Positions 48,889-58,707 of a stretch of 64,000 bases of DNA are shown piece by piece. The stretch lies in NCBI GenBank assembly GCA_910583895.1, contig CAJTYJ010000018.1:251-64250 (forward strand). Direction: 5' to 3'. The translations under genes were made by a program, and so were the position numbers. Every line of letters begins with the position of its first letter. Position 1 is the first letter of the stretch. Under the pieces are notes generated by a model. The model searched no databases, was not told the origin of the DNA, and saw only the letters and a list, made by a program, of their open reading frames with translations. Source of the DNA: an uncultured Lachnospiraceae bacterium (GTDB lineage Bacteria > Bacillota > Clostridia > Lachnospirales > Lachnospiraceae).

Positions 48889-49032
48889 TTATAAGATCAA
48901 CGTGACCAAACGAATGCGGACGAAAGAAAGACTGATACACCGGGGATTTTATGACCTATCCACAGCGTATCAGTCTGTACCTGTCACCGTTTTCGTGACA
49001 TTCTTACACCCGGAACTTCCTGTTCAGACTGT

Positions 49033-51918
49033 TTATTTTTTGTCAATCTTTGTTGTCTGACCTACAGGAGCCGTCTCTTTGGTCCGATAAGGGCCGGAGA
49101 CTGCATAGACTTTGTAGAAATAAGTCGTCCCGCTCATAAGGCCGGTATTGATATAAGATGTTCTGTTCGTATGGTCAATGACCTCATAAGTTCCGTCTAT
49201 GGTATCCGCTCTCAGGATGACATATTGAGTTGCACCCTTGACTTTCTTCCAGCTAAGTTTCATGCGGTCTGTTCCGTTTGGTTTGACTTTCAGTCCGGTG
49301 ACATTGCCAAAGAAAGTGGTTGCAGATACCCCGTTGGACCATCTTCCCCGGAAAGAATCCCTGATCGGGCGTATCTGATAATAGTAGGTAGCACCGGTTG
49401 TCAGCCCTTTATGGGTGAAACTGGTTCCGCCCTTTGTGCCCAGCGACCGCCAGGTGCCTCCCATGGAATCCGCATAGAAAATCTCATATCTTTTGGCACC
49501 CTGCACCTTGCTCCATCTGAGTGTAATGCTGTTATAAGCGGTCTTTTTCACCTGAAGCGCCGGAGTCCCTGCCAGATCAGTCCTTCCATAAGAGACCGGA
49601 CCAAATGCACTCTTTGCTTCCTTCCGGCATACCCTCATCTGGAAATAATAGGTTACCCCGCATTTTGCTTTCGAGAACTTATAAAATGTTTTCTTTACAT
49701 TGGCCAGACGTTTGAATCCGGAGTTAGGAGAAGTCGAATAGAAGATTTCATAAGACTTGGCTCCTGAAACCGCATCCCAGTTTAACATAATGGTATGAAA
49801 GTCAGTCGGATTTGCCGTAATCAGCCGGGTTCCGTTGGAAGAGACATCCGTGGTGCTGCCGGTTCCCTCCAAAACGCCGGAATCCGCGCCGGAGTTTTCG
49901 TCGTCCGAATCCGAAGCAAACCGCTTCACCGTAAGCGTAAGTGTACCTGTTTTGGCCGTACGTTTGTAATTGGAATCTGCGGCGGTAAAGGAATAGGTCA
50001 CAGTCACGGTAGTACTGACTGCTGTCAGGCTGGACAATGCTTTTTTCAGCTGCTCATAATTCATCGTCTGCTGCTTGTAAGTATAGGTCAGTGTGCCTGC
50101 CACCGTTTCCTTATTCACACCCGTAAAAGCTGGCTGTGTAAATCCACCGTCACCTGCCTGAACGTTCTGAGAGGCCGCCACGGTCACCTGATAATCTGCC
50201 GGAGTGATGGTCAGCACCGCCGGCTGGAAGGTGATCACATAGTTGGGATTCGCAAGTGTTCCCTGCTGAATCGCATAACCGCCCTCTTTTACATTTTCTC
50301 CGCCAACCCGCGTCAGTGCTCCGGTAAGGCTGTCTCCAGAGATCAGGCCCTTTGCCGTATAAGTCAATGCCGGATCCTTGCTGCCATAACTTTTGGAAGC
50401 TGCGTTTGCCTGGACCGAAAGATTCTTTTTCGCCACCGTAACCTTTACGGTTATGGCAGCGCGGTCATAGACATCGGTATTATCCGGCGTAAAAATCGCC
50501 GTCAAAGTTTTTTCACCGGCACCACCGTAGGACTTGACGTCCGATGCCCATGAAAAACTGCCTGCCACGTTCTCACCAGTGTCTTTTGCCCTGGCAGATC
50601 CGGTCAGATGGGCTGCGGTCACCGTATCTCCGTATGTGATCACGCCCTTCTGCGATACAGTCGCCGTGACTGCCGTTTTTGGTATGTAGCTTGTATTGGA
50701 CAGCGTCAGAACCGCATCCCCAAGCAGTGTTCTCTGGTTCGGATCATATACATAGCTGATATTCTCACCCTTGCAGGTGACCGTGTAACCGGCGATCGTC
50801 CCGCTGGCTCCGACCAGAAAAAGCTGATCATCTGCCCCGATGCTTCCGGTGTCACAGTTTGTCACATCCACCAGATAATTTTTATTGTCGAGGGTCACAA
50901 TATTCCACATGTGAGGTCCGCCATCCATGTCTCCGGTGACGGTGTAGCAGACTGCATCTGTAAAGACGGACAAATCACACAGATACTGGAACGCTTTGGC
51001 GTAGCCTTCACATACTACAGAAGTGCTCATGTCATTGTCAAATACCCAGATCAACTGCCAGGGATCACCGTAAGGAGTTCCCGGATTACTGGCAGCATTA
51101 CGATTGTAATCCACCAGACGGCAGATTTCCTGCCGGTACGCCGTTAATTTTTCATAGTCGGATTTGTTTTCATTTGCCTTTACGATATTTTTGGCATTCT
51201 GAACGGCACGTTTTACAATGTTTATCCGGCTGCTGCTGACTGTGTTTCCGGATCCATACCCCGATGCCACGCTGAAGGAAAATGTAAACCTTGATACGGT
51301 AACCATACTGGAATTGTAGGACATCGAATAGCCGGTGCTCATACCTCTTGTTTTATCAAACCAGTACAGTTCGTAGGGACAGTCCATAAGCAGATAGCCT
51401 AAAATATCTCTGCTGCTGACCAGTTCACCAACTTTTTTCGATACTGCATCTCTTACATTGCTCTGATTAATGGAAGCCAAACCCAGCTGCGCCGCCGTCC
51501 AGGTCATAGGCTGCAGTCCCAGGCTGCTCAGGTCCAACGTGATTTTGGCATCTGTGATTTCACCTGCCGCAATCTTTTCGATCTTCGTCTTAAGAGCCGC
51601 ATATATTTTTTGATTATAGAGGCCCTGAAGCTTGCTTTCCCCCAGGTTCCCTAAAGTCGAGACGCCGTCATTCAGGTCTTCATAGAGTACCTTCTCCATA
51701 TATCCGGCAAACAGATCTTCCGGATCGTCCTGCTGCTCTTTGGTGACGGGTTCCATAAAGACCGTCATCTCCTCTGCCGCCGAAAGCGCCTCTTCTGCCC
51801 CCGTTGTGCCTTCCCGGGCAAAAGCCGGCATTGCAGTTACATTTATGCAGCTGCACAAAACGACCAGCGTCAAAATGAACGCCAGTCCCCGCTTTCTCAT
51901 GCTTTTCCAATGGTTCAT
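49033..51918 (-). CDS. Large secreted protein: transglutaminase-like Cys protease core, MBG domains and three C-terminal fibronectin type III domains
   Basis: Start taken at MNHWKSMRKRGLAFILTLVVL (signal peptide). Cys-His-Asp core is CEGYAKAFQYLCD ... GPHMWNIV ... YLVDVTN. MBG-type repeats include SKSYGSKDPALTYTAKGL...GGYAI...NPNYVITF. There are three W-x-x-V-x-GA..Y FN3 units. Confidence 0.8.
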   Translation of the reverse strand: MNHWKSMRKRGLAFILTLVVLCSCINVTAMPAFAREGTTGAEEALSAAEEMTVFMEPVTKEQQDDPEDLFAGYMEKVLYEDLNDGVSTLGNLGESKLQGLYNQKIYAALKTKIEKIAAGEITDAKITLDLSSLGLQPMTWTAAQLGLASINQSNVRDAVSKKVGELVSSRDILGYLLMDCPYELYWFDKTRGMSTGYSMSYNSSMVTVSRFTFSFSVASGYGSGNTVSSSRINIVKRAVQNAKNIVKANENKSDYEKLTAYRQEICRLVDYNRNAASNPGTPYGDPWQLIWVFDNDMSTSVVCEGYAKAFQYLCDLSVFTDAVCYTVTGDMDGGPHMWNIVTLDNKNYLVDVTNCDTGSIGADDQLFLVGASGTIAGYTVTCKGENISYVYDPNQRTLLGDAVLTLSNTSYIPKTAVTATVSQKGVITYGDTVTAAHLTGSARAKDTGENVAGSFSWASDVKSYGGAGEKTLTAIFTPDNTDVYDRAAITVKVTVAKKNLSVQANAASKSYGSKDPALTYTAKGLISGDSLTGALTRVGGENVKEGGYAIQQGTLANPNYVITFQPAVLTITPADYQVTVAASQNVQAGDGGFTQPAFTGVNKETVAGTLTYTYKQQTMNYEQLKKALSSLTAVSTTVTVTYSFTAADSNYKRTAKTGTLTLTVKRFASDSDDENSGADSGVLEGTGSTTDVSSNGTRLITANPTDFHTIMLNWDAVSGAKSYEIFYSTSPNSGFKRLANVKKTFYKFSKAKCGVTYYFQMRVCRKEAKSAFGPVSYGRTDLAGTPALQVKKTAYNSITLRWSKVQGAKRYEIFYADSMGGTWRSLGTKGGTSFTHKGLTTGATYYYQIRPIRDSFRGRWSNGVSATTFFGNVTGLKVKPNGTDRMKLSWKKVKGATQYVILRADTIDGTYEVIDHTNRTSYINTGLMSGTTYFYKVYAVSGPYRTKETAPVGQTTKIDKK

Positions 51919-52041
51919 GTCCTTCGCTCCTTTTGTCTTTTTATAACTACTGTGAATTATCGTCACAATTCACAAAAACTTAAGAAAAAGGGCCCCGTTA
52001 TGTCCCATATTCTCCAAATGTTTTTTTATGAGGAGCGGCCT

Positions 52042-53355
52042 CTAACAAAGGGCGATCTTTCCCTTCGTCTCCCGGAAACGACTGGAATAAAACGCTTTCA
52101 TCACCCGGATCAGGTCGTCGGTGTCCTTGACTCCGGCCGTCTCACAGACAGAGTGCATGGCCAGCTGAGGAAGACCGATATCCACCCCGTAGAGCGGAAT
52201 TTTGGAGATGGCAAGATTGCCAAGAGTGCTGCCTCCTGCCATGTCAGAGCGGTTTGCAAAAAACTGCACCGGGGCGCCTGCTTTTTTGCACAGTTCCGAA
52301 AACAGCGCAATGCTCACTCCGTCACTGATGTATTTTTGTCCTGCATGGGACTTTATGACAATCCCTTCGTTCATATAAACGCAGTTTTTGGGGTCCGACT
52401 TTTCCGGATGGTTCGGATGAACAGCATGGGCATTGTCCGCGCTCACCAAAAAGCTTTCGGACAAAGCCTGAAAGAAAGACTCCTGCGTCCCTCCAAGACA
52501 CCCGTGAAATCGCCGGAGGATATCCGATAAAAAGGCGGAGTCTGCCCCCTGCCTGGTCCTGGATCCCACTTCTTCACTGTCGAAGCAGGCAAAGACATGG
52601 ACCGAATCGTTCGGCCTTCCCTGTAAAAATCCCTGCAAAGTCCCGTAGACACACTGCAGATCGTCCAGACGCTGGGCAGAGATAAATTCTTCTTCCGCCC
52701 CCCAAAGAGCAGGTTCCTGCCGGCTGTATAGATACAGGTCGCTCCCCCGGATCTCTTCAGCCGCGACTCCTGCCGCCTCCGCAATCTGTTTTAGAAACGC
52801 TCCTTTTTCTGCGGTTTGGCCTCCGAACAGGGGCAAAAGATCAATCTGCTTATTGTATGCAAACCCTTCGTTGGCGTTCCGGTTCATATGAATCGCCACG
52901 CTTGGGATCAGGAGAAGGTCCCGGTCCACCTTCACAATCCTGGAGACAAAGTGTTCCCCTTCTTTTACAATCAGCCTGCCTGCCACGGACAGAGGGCGGT
53001 CGAACCAGGTGGAACAGAGCATCCCTCCGTATCCTTCGGTATTCAGCTGTATATATTTGCCCCGCACCTCAAGCTCCGGGCATTCTTTGATCTTGAAGGT
53101 GGGAGAATCGCTGTGGGACGCTGCGATCTGAAAGTTCCAGCGCCCCGGAACAGGTCCTGTGTGAAACGCGATCAGACTGGAATCGTTCCGGATTATATAA
53201 TACTTCCCTTCTGGCTGCACCTCCCACCTGCTGCTCTCCCAGAGTCTTTTGTATCCCTGCTCCTCCAGGATCTCGCTGATTCTTTTCACCGTATGAAACG
53301 CGGTCGGACAGTCTTTTAAAAAAGTGATAAAGTCATGGATTGTTTTTTTATACAT
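52042..53355 (-). CDS. M18 family aminopeptidase
   Basis: Start trimmed to MYKKTIHDFITFL, with AGGAGAA upstream. Contains AASHSDSPTFKIK, CFDSEEVGS, GSTLG and DIGLPQLAMHS motifs. Confidence 0.88.
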   Translation of the reverse strand: MYKKTIHDFITFLKDCPTAFHTVKRISEILEEQGYKRLWESSRWEVQPEGKYYIIRNDSSLIAFHTGPVPGRWNFQIAASHSDSPTFKIKECPELEVRGKYIQLNTEGYGGMLCSTWFDRPLSVAGRLIVKEGEHFVSRIVKVDRDLLLIPSVAIHMNRNANEGFAYNKQIDLLPLFGGQTAEKGAFLKQIAEAAGVAAEEIRGSDLYLYSRQEPALWGAEEEFISAQRLDDLQCVYGTLQGFLQGRPNDSVHVFACFDSEEVGSRTRQGADSAFLSDILRRFHGCLGGTQESFFQALSESFLVSADNAHAVHPNHPEKSDPKNCVYMNEGIVIKSHAGQKYISDGVSIALFSELCKKAGAPVQFFANRSDMAGGSTLGNLAISKIPLYGVDIGLPQLAMHSVCETAGVKDTDDLIRVMKAFYSSRFRETKGKIALC

Positions 53356-53370
53356 CTGTTTCTCCTGATT

Positions 53371-53681
53371 TGAGTTCCGCTCCTGCCCACCCGGCACACC
53401 TTTTGCAGATCCATTCTCAGACGTTTTCACGTCTGCTCATCGATCTGTGCGCCGGGTGGGCCTCCGCTGTTTTTTGAGTCCCGCTTCTGCCCACCCGGCA
53501 CACCTTTTGCAGATCCATTCTCAGACGTTTCCACGTCTGCTCATCGATCTGTGCGCCGGGTGGGCCTCCGCTGTTTTTTGAGTTCCGCTCCTGCCCACCC
53601 AGCATACCTTTTGCAGATCCATTCTCAGACGTGAAAACGTCTGCTCATTGATCTGTGCGCCGGGTGGGCCTCCGCTGTTTT
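53371..53681. repeat. Three tandem 104-bp direct repeats, each a long imperfect hairpin
   Basis: Copies lie at 53371-53474, 53475-53578 and 53579-53681. Each unit has outer arms GCCCACCCGGC / GCCGGGTGGGC, middle arms CAGATC / GATCTG, and an apical CAGACGT-NNNN-ACGTCTG. Confidence 0.9.
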
Positions 53682-54558
53682 AGGTTTCGTCCGGCACGAT
53701 TTCCACCACCACCAGCTCTGGACGGTTGAAGACACGGGGCAGCAGGTTTTTACACAGTCCCCTGCTCACGATCATGACCGTATCGCCCAGGTCATAGCGC
53801 CCTCCTGCATATGGGGGGAACCAGCCCTGATTGGGAGCCAGAAGTCCGTTTAAAACGCCCGGGATGCGCACCTGGCCCCCGTGGGCATGACCGGCTGTGA
53901 CCAGATCAAACCCCGGCTTGGAATCTTTGCTCTCATGAGTATAGTAGCTTACCAGCTCCGGACGATGAGACATCAGCACTGAAAAATACTTTCGATCCAG
54001 CGCCTGCCTGCATCGGGCCAGCTGATTTTCCCACTCTGCCATGGCCTCCGGGTCATACCTGTGTTTTTGCCCGTATCCGTCCGGATCGTCCACGCCGCAG
54101 ATCTGGATCGTCTGCTCTTTTACTTCCAGCAGCGCGCATTCTCCTTCCAGAACCCGGACTCCGTAAGAAGCGATCATCTGTTTGATCTTGGGCTCTTCAC
54201 CGGACCAGTATTCATGATTGCCGCTTACATAAAAGCAGGGATATATATCCCCAACCGCAGACAGTAGCACCTTTGTCCCGTCGTGGGGGACTTCGTCATC
54301 CGCAATATCTCCCACAAGAAGCACCGCATCCGGTCCGCAGCTTTGAAGGGTGCGGACCAGTTCCCCCTGATCTTCCCCGTAAAATGTACTGTGCAGGTCT
54401 GTCAGAACTGCCAGAATCACCGGCTTTTCCACCTTGTCAGAGACTATCGGATAGTATCGGACTGCAAGCTTTTGACTGCACGCAGACTTCAGGAATACCA
54501 GCACCAGTACGGCCGCGCACAGAATCACCAGACGCCTTTTTTTCCACTTTATTTTCAT
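53680..54558 (-). CDS. Membrane-anchored metallophosphoesterase (YkuE/calcineurin-like)
   Basis: Start trimmed to MKIKWKKRRLVIL. Contains LTDLHS, VGDIAD, GNHE and AGHAHGGQ motifs. Confidence 0.88.
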   Translation of the reverse strand: MKIKWKKRRLVILCAAVLVLVFLKSACSQKLAVRYYPIVSDKVEKPVILAVLTDLHSTFYGEDQGELVRTLQSCGPDAVLLVGDIADDEVPHDGTKVLLSAVGDIYPCFYVSGNHEYWSGEEPKIKQMIASYGVRVLEGECALLEVKEQTIQICGVDDPDGYGQKHRYDPEAMAEWENQLARCRQALDRKYFSVLMSHRPELVSYYTHESKDSKPGFDLVTAGHAHGGQVRIPGVLNGLLAPNQGWFPPYAGGRYDLGDTVMIVSRGLCKNLLPRVFNRPELVVVEIVPDET

Positions 54559-54645
54559 GGCACCATTCCTTCCTGTCAAAACTGTGTCATCTCATAACTT
54601 ATGCAAAAACAGGCAATGCTTTTACACATCACCTGTTCGTCTTGT

Positions 54646-55137
54646 CTATGTTCGGGTAACTTCCAGTACTTTTTCCTGCACCCTTTTTGCCACTGATTCC
54701 GGCACAAATTCATGAATGTCGCCGTGAAAAAATGCCACTTCCTTGACAATCGTGGAACTTAGATAAGAATATTCCAGTCCGGTTGCCAGAAACATGGTAT
54801 CCACCTGTGGATTCATCTTGCGATTGGTCTGGGCCATCTGCAGCTCATATTCAAAATCGGAGATCGCCCGCAGTCCTCTCACCACAACATTTGCATTAGT
54901 CTGCCTTGCAAAGTCCACCAAAAGACCTGAAAAAGACATAACCTTTACATTGGAAAGCCCTTCTGTCACTTCCAGAAGCATGCTGACCCGCTCATCAATG
55001 GTAAAAAGAGGCGTCTTGCTGCCGTTATTCAGGACTCCCACAATCAGTTCACCGACGGTCTGGGCAGCTCTTTTTATAATGTCCAGATGCCCGAGAGTCA
55101 CAGGATCAAAACTTCCCGGATATATTGCTCGAATCAT
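54646..55137 (-). CDS. coaD: Pantetheine-phosphate adenylyltransferase
   Basis: 163 aa. Contains [16 protein letters not shown] and [12 protein letters not shown]. Confidence 0.93.
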   Translation of the reverse strand: MIRAIYPGSFDPVTLGHLDIIKRAAQTVGELIVGVLNNGSKTPLFTIDERVSMLLEVTEGLSNVKVMSFSGLLVDFARQTNANVVVRGLRAISDFEYELQMAQTNRKMNPQVDTMFLATGLEYSYLSSTIVKEVAFFHGDIHEFVPESVAKRVQEKVLEVTRT

Positions 55138-55145
55138 TGGTTTTT

Positions 55146-55700
55146 CTATCCTTTCTTCTGTAAAAACACGTGCTGGCTGGTCTTGTATTTCTTATATTTA
55201 TATGCATGGTAGCCCATTTCCTCAAGCCAGGAAAAATCCGTCTCCAAAGAAGCTTCCACCACAATCACGGTATAAAGATCTGCCAGGGTACTGTCTGCCA
55301 GATAAGAAAGTACGCCCTGTTCGGCCTCCTGATCATAGGGCGGATCCAGGAAGATGATGTCAAAAGGCTTCTGGCCCTCCATCCGCCGAAGTGCAGTCAG
55401 CACCTCGCACTTTTGAACCTCCGCCCGGTCTGCCAGCCTGGTAAATACCAGATTTTCCTGAATGCACTGGGCAGCTTTTCCGTTCTGCTCCACAAGCACC
55501 GCGTACGCTGCCCCCCGGCTCAAAGCTTCAATGGCGATCGCACCGCTTCCGCTGAACAGATCCAAAAAGCGGCAGTCCGGCACATCCGCCTGCAGGATAT
55601 TAAACAGTGTCTCCTTGGTCTTATCGGTGGTGGGCCGGGTCTCCAAGCCCTTTATGGTTTTCAGCGGCATGCTCCTTGCCGTTCCTGCGATTACTCTCAT
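55146..55700 (-). CDS. rsmD: 16S rRNA (guanine966-N2)-methyltransferase
   Basis: 184 aa. Contains [28 protein letters not shown] and FLDPPY. Confidence 0.9.
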   Translation of the reverse strand: MRVIAGTARSMPLKTIKGLETRPTTDKTKETLFNILQADVPDCRFLDLFSGSGAIAIEALSRGAAYAVLVEQNGKAAQCIQENLVFTRLADRAEVQKCEVLTALRRMEGQKPFDIIFLDPPYDQEAEQGVLSYLADSTLADLYTVIVVEASLETDFSWLEEMGYHAYKYKKYKTSQHVFLQKKG

Positions 55701-57514
55701 CGTATCTGTCCGTTTCCATAGATAATATATTTGCTGGAAGTCAGCGCATCCAGCCCCATGGGCCCTCTGGCATGCAGCTTCTGGGTACTGATCCCGATCT
55801 CCGCACCAAAGCCAAACTCAAACCCGTCGGTAAAACGGGTGGAAGCATTCACATAGACAGCCGCCGCATCAATCTCATTTAAAAACCGCTGTGCGTTTTC
55901 ATAATCCATAGTGATGATAGCTTCCGAATGCCCGGTATTGTAGCAGTTGATATGAGCGATGGCTTCGTCTATGCCTGCCACCGTTTTAACCGAAAGGATA
56001 TAGTCCAGATACTCTGTCCCCCAGTCCTCTTCTGTGGCTTCCTTCACACCGGATGCCGCTTTTCTTGCCTGCTCATCTCCCCGCAGCTCCACACTGCGTT
56101 CATCCAGACGCTCTTTCAGGCGGGGAAGGAACGTGTTTACAATCTTCTCATGGACCAGAAGGGATTCACAGGCATTGCACACCCCGATGCGCTGGGTCTT
56201 GGCATTGAAAATGATTTCAATGGCCATTTGAAAATCTGCACTCTCATCCACATAGATATGGCAGTTCCCGGTACCGGTCTCAATGACCGGAATCCGGCTG
56301 TTTTCCACCACCGTGCGGATCAGGCCTGCGCCTCCTCTGGGAATCAGTACATCCACATACTGATTCATCTTCATAAAGTCCTGTACGGTTTCTCTTCTGG
56401 TATCCTCGATCAGCTGGATGGCATCCATGGGTATCTTTTTCTGCAAAAGTGCAGTGCGCACAGCCTTTACGATGGCCCGATTGGAATAAAAGGCATCGCT
56501 TCCCCCCCGCAGAATCACCACATTGCCTGCTTTGAAGCAGAGAGCAAAAGCGTCTGCCGTCACATTGGGCCTGGATTCATAGATTATGCCGATTACGCCG
56601 AGGGGGACTTTTTTCTGTCCGATCATCAGCCCGTTGGGGCGCGGCTTCATGGAGCATATCTCCCCTACCGGGTCCGGGAGTGCTGCCACCTGACAGAGTC
56701 CTTCCGCCATCCCTTCCACACGGCTTTCATCCAGCAGCAGACGGTCCACAAGACCGGGATTCATGCCGTTTTCCTTTGCCTTTTTTACATCTTTGGCATT
56801 TTCGGAAAGAATGTATCCGCTCATATTGCGAAGCATCCAGGCGATATGCAAAAGGGCTTCATTCTTCCGCGTCGTATCCAGGATCCGAAGGGCCGGTTCT
56901 GCCGCTTTTGCGTTTTTCCCGATTTCCTCCAACGTCACTTCCTTTTTTTCCGCCGGAAGAAGAGTTCTGCGCTCGGTCACAATCATCTCCGGCAAAATGT
57001 CATGATCTTCAAAAGGGACTTCCTCAAATACCTGGAATTCAAAAGCCAGCGCAATATGTACAAGTCCCGGATGCTTTTCCAGATACCGGTCATAATAGCC
57101 CCCGCCATAACCTATCCGATGGCAGGAGACGTCAAAGGCGACCCCGGGCATCAACAACAGCCCCTCTTCTCCCTCCCATAAGGAGCAGGTACCTTTCGGT
57201 TCCATGATGCCAAAGCTTCCAGGCTCCAGATCCTCAAGACGTTCGACTACATAGTAGTGCATGATCCCATCTTTGTCTACCCGCGGAGCCGCAACGGTCT
57301 TTTTGTCCTCCCAGGCCTTCTGCATCAGAAGTCTGGTCTCCACCTCCCGTTTGGCATCCACATAGGCCAGAAGAACCGAGGCCTCCTGATATGCCGGAAG
57401 TGATGTAAAGCGCTCTTTGATCTGAAGACTGGCCTCGTGCAAAGATGCAGGATCCGCACTGGCTCTGCGCTGTTTTACTTCTGTCCTAATTTCCGCTTTT
57501 TTGTTTTTTTCCAT
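55697..57514 (-). CDS. proA: Fusion: 5-formyltetrahydrofolate cyclo-ligase (N-terminal ~190 aa) :: glutamate-5-semialdehyde dehydrogenase
   Basis: One uninterrupted 605-aa ORF. The N-terminal part has 5-FCL motifs ([20 protein letters not shown]...[13 protein letters not shown]). The remainder is a full-length ProA ([34 protein letters not shown]). Confidence 0.85.
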   Translation of the reverse strand: MEKNKKAEIRTEVKQRRASADPASLHEASLQIKERFTSLPAYQEASVLLAYVDAKREVETRLLMQKAWEDKKTVAAPRVDKDGIMHYYVVERLEDLEPGSFGIMEPKGTCSLWEGEEGLLLMPGVAFDVSCHRIGYGGGYYDRYLEKHPGLVHIALAFEFQVFEEVPFEDHDILPEMIVTERRTLLPAEKKEVTLEEIGKNAKAAEPALRILDTTRKNEALLHIAWMLRNMSGYILSENAKDVKKAKENGMNPGLVDRLLLDESRVEGMAEGLCQVAALPDPVGEICSMKPRPNGLMIGQKKVPLGVIGIIYESRPNVTADAFALCFKAGNVVILRGGSDAFYSNRAIVKAVRTALLQKKIPMDAIQLIEDTRRETVQDFMKMNQYVDVLIPRGGAGLIRTVVENSRIPVIETGTGNCHIYVDESADFQMAIEIIFNAKTQRIGVCNACESLLVHEKIVNTFLPRLKERLDERSVELRGDEQARKAASGVKEATEEDWGTEYLDYILSVKTVAGIDEAIAHINCYNTGHSEAIITMDYENAQRFLNEIDAAAVYVNASTRFTDGFEFGFGAEIGISTQKLHARGPMGLDALTSSKYIIYGNGQIR

Positions 57515-57713
57515 ATTTTTCCCCCAGATTTACAACCGTTCCGTCCGGTTCTTGGATATCAATATTGTCAAGCTGACTTTTTAAGTTGCTGCGCACATTT
57601 GCCAGAAACTCCTGTCTGAGGAGCTGCTGCTCCTTTTTTTCCGCTTCGGTCAGACCTTCCGCCTTCGACTTATGAGCCAGCTCGTTGATCCGCGCAATCT
57701 TTTTCTCGTTCAT
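57486..57713 (-). CDS. DUF896 (YnzC/UPF0291) family protein
   Basis: Start trimmed to [37 protein letters not shown], with AGAGGTG upstream. 75 aa. Confidence 0.8.
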   Translation of the reverse strand: MNEKKIARINELAHKSKAEGLTEAEKKEQQLLRQEFLANVRSNLKSQLDNIDIQEPDGTVVNLGEKYGKKQKSGN

Positions 57714-57726
57714 AAATACACCTCTT

Positions 57727-58623
57727 TTATCTAGTTTCGCTGCTTCCCATCTGTTTATCCAGCCGGGCACCCGTTTCATGATCTGACGGCGGATCCAGGT
57801 AGTCGATCAGATAAAAATTTTCTGTCCGGTTGGCCCGAAACATGGTTCCGATCCGCTCTCCGTCCATAATCCGGTGAATGATCCCCATATCCGTTCCGTT
57901 GGCAATGATCATGTCTGCCCCGGCGGAGGTGGCTAGCCTTGCTGCATTTACTTTTGTGGACATGCCTCCGGTTCCCACATCACTGGAAGCGCCTTTGGCC
58001 ATCCGGACGAACCGCTCATCGATCCGGTCCACATATTCGATAAATTTTGCATCCGGATTCTGATTGGGGTCATCTGTAAAAAGACCGTCAATATCCGATA
58101 ATAAGATCAGAAGATCTGCCTGAATCAGCGCCGTCACAACTGCTGACAGCGTATCGTTGTCGCCGAACTGAATCTCATAAGTAGATATAGTATCATTTTC
58201 ATTAACTATAGGTATTGCTCCCATAGACAAGAGGGTCTCGAATGTATTCCCTGCATTCTCCCGGTTAACCTCATCTACCAGTGTATTCTTCGTCATAAGG
58301 ATCTGAGACGCGATCTGATTATATTCCATGAAAAGCTTCTGATAGATCATCATCAGCCGCGCCTGGCCGATGGAGGCACAGGCCTGCTTGACTTCCAGCT
58401 TTGTGGGGCGCTCCTTCATGCCGATGGCCTTGCGGCCCACGGCGATGGCTCCGGAGCTTACCAGCACCACCTCTTTGCCCTGGTTGTTCAGATCCGTCAG
58501 TTCTCTGACCAGCTTTTCCATCTTGATATAATCTATAAGCCCAGTTTCCGGATGAGTCAAAGAAGAAGTACCCACTTTGATGACGATCCGCTTTTTGTCT
58601 TTTAGTATCTTTCTAAGTGTCAT
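57727..58623 (-). CDS. proB: Glutamate 5-kinase
   Basis: 298 aa. Contains IVIKVGTSSLT, VLVSSGAIAVG, NENDT and GTGGMSTK. No obvious PUA domain. Confidence 0.9.
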   Translation of the reverse strand: MTLRKILKDKKRIVIKVGTSSLTHPETGLIDYIKMEKLVRELTDLNNQGKEVVLVSSGAIAVGRKAIGMKERPTKLEVKQACASIGQARLMMIYQKLFMEYNQIASQILMTKNTLVDEVNRENAGNTFETLLSMGAIPIVNENDTISTYEIQFGDNDTLSAVVTALIQADLLILLSDIDGLFTDDPNQNPDAKFIEYVDRIDERFVRMAKGASSDVGTGGMSTKVNAARLATSAGADMIIANGTDMGIIHRIMDGERIGTMFRANRTENFYLIDYLDPPSDHETGARLDKQMGSSETR

Positions 58624-58707
58624 TTCCTAATCACCAGTCTTTTTGATCTGTATGAGTCGTTCACCCAACAAGTATAATTTACAATATCCTGGCTTCAAAC
58701 ACAATGG

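Noticed and set aside
53417-53605. A 62-aa minus-strand ORF inside the tandem repeats, and the 25-codon N-terminal extension of the aminopeptidase ORF (53356-53430).
   Set aside because: Both are generated by the repeat sequence itself. The unit length is not divisible by 3, and neither has an RBS. The aminopeptidase has a good RBS and start at 53355.
53371-53681. A CRISPR array.
   Set aside because: The 104-bp units abut directly with no spacers. The unit is far longer than CRISPR repeats. No cas genes are in the window.
55928-57181. A 417-aa plus-strand ORF antisense to the 5-FCL::proA gene.
   Set aside because: It is a shadow ORF. It has no recognisable domains, and the opposite strand has full-length ProA motifs.
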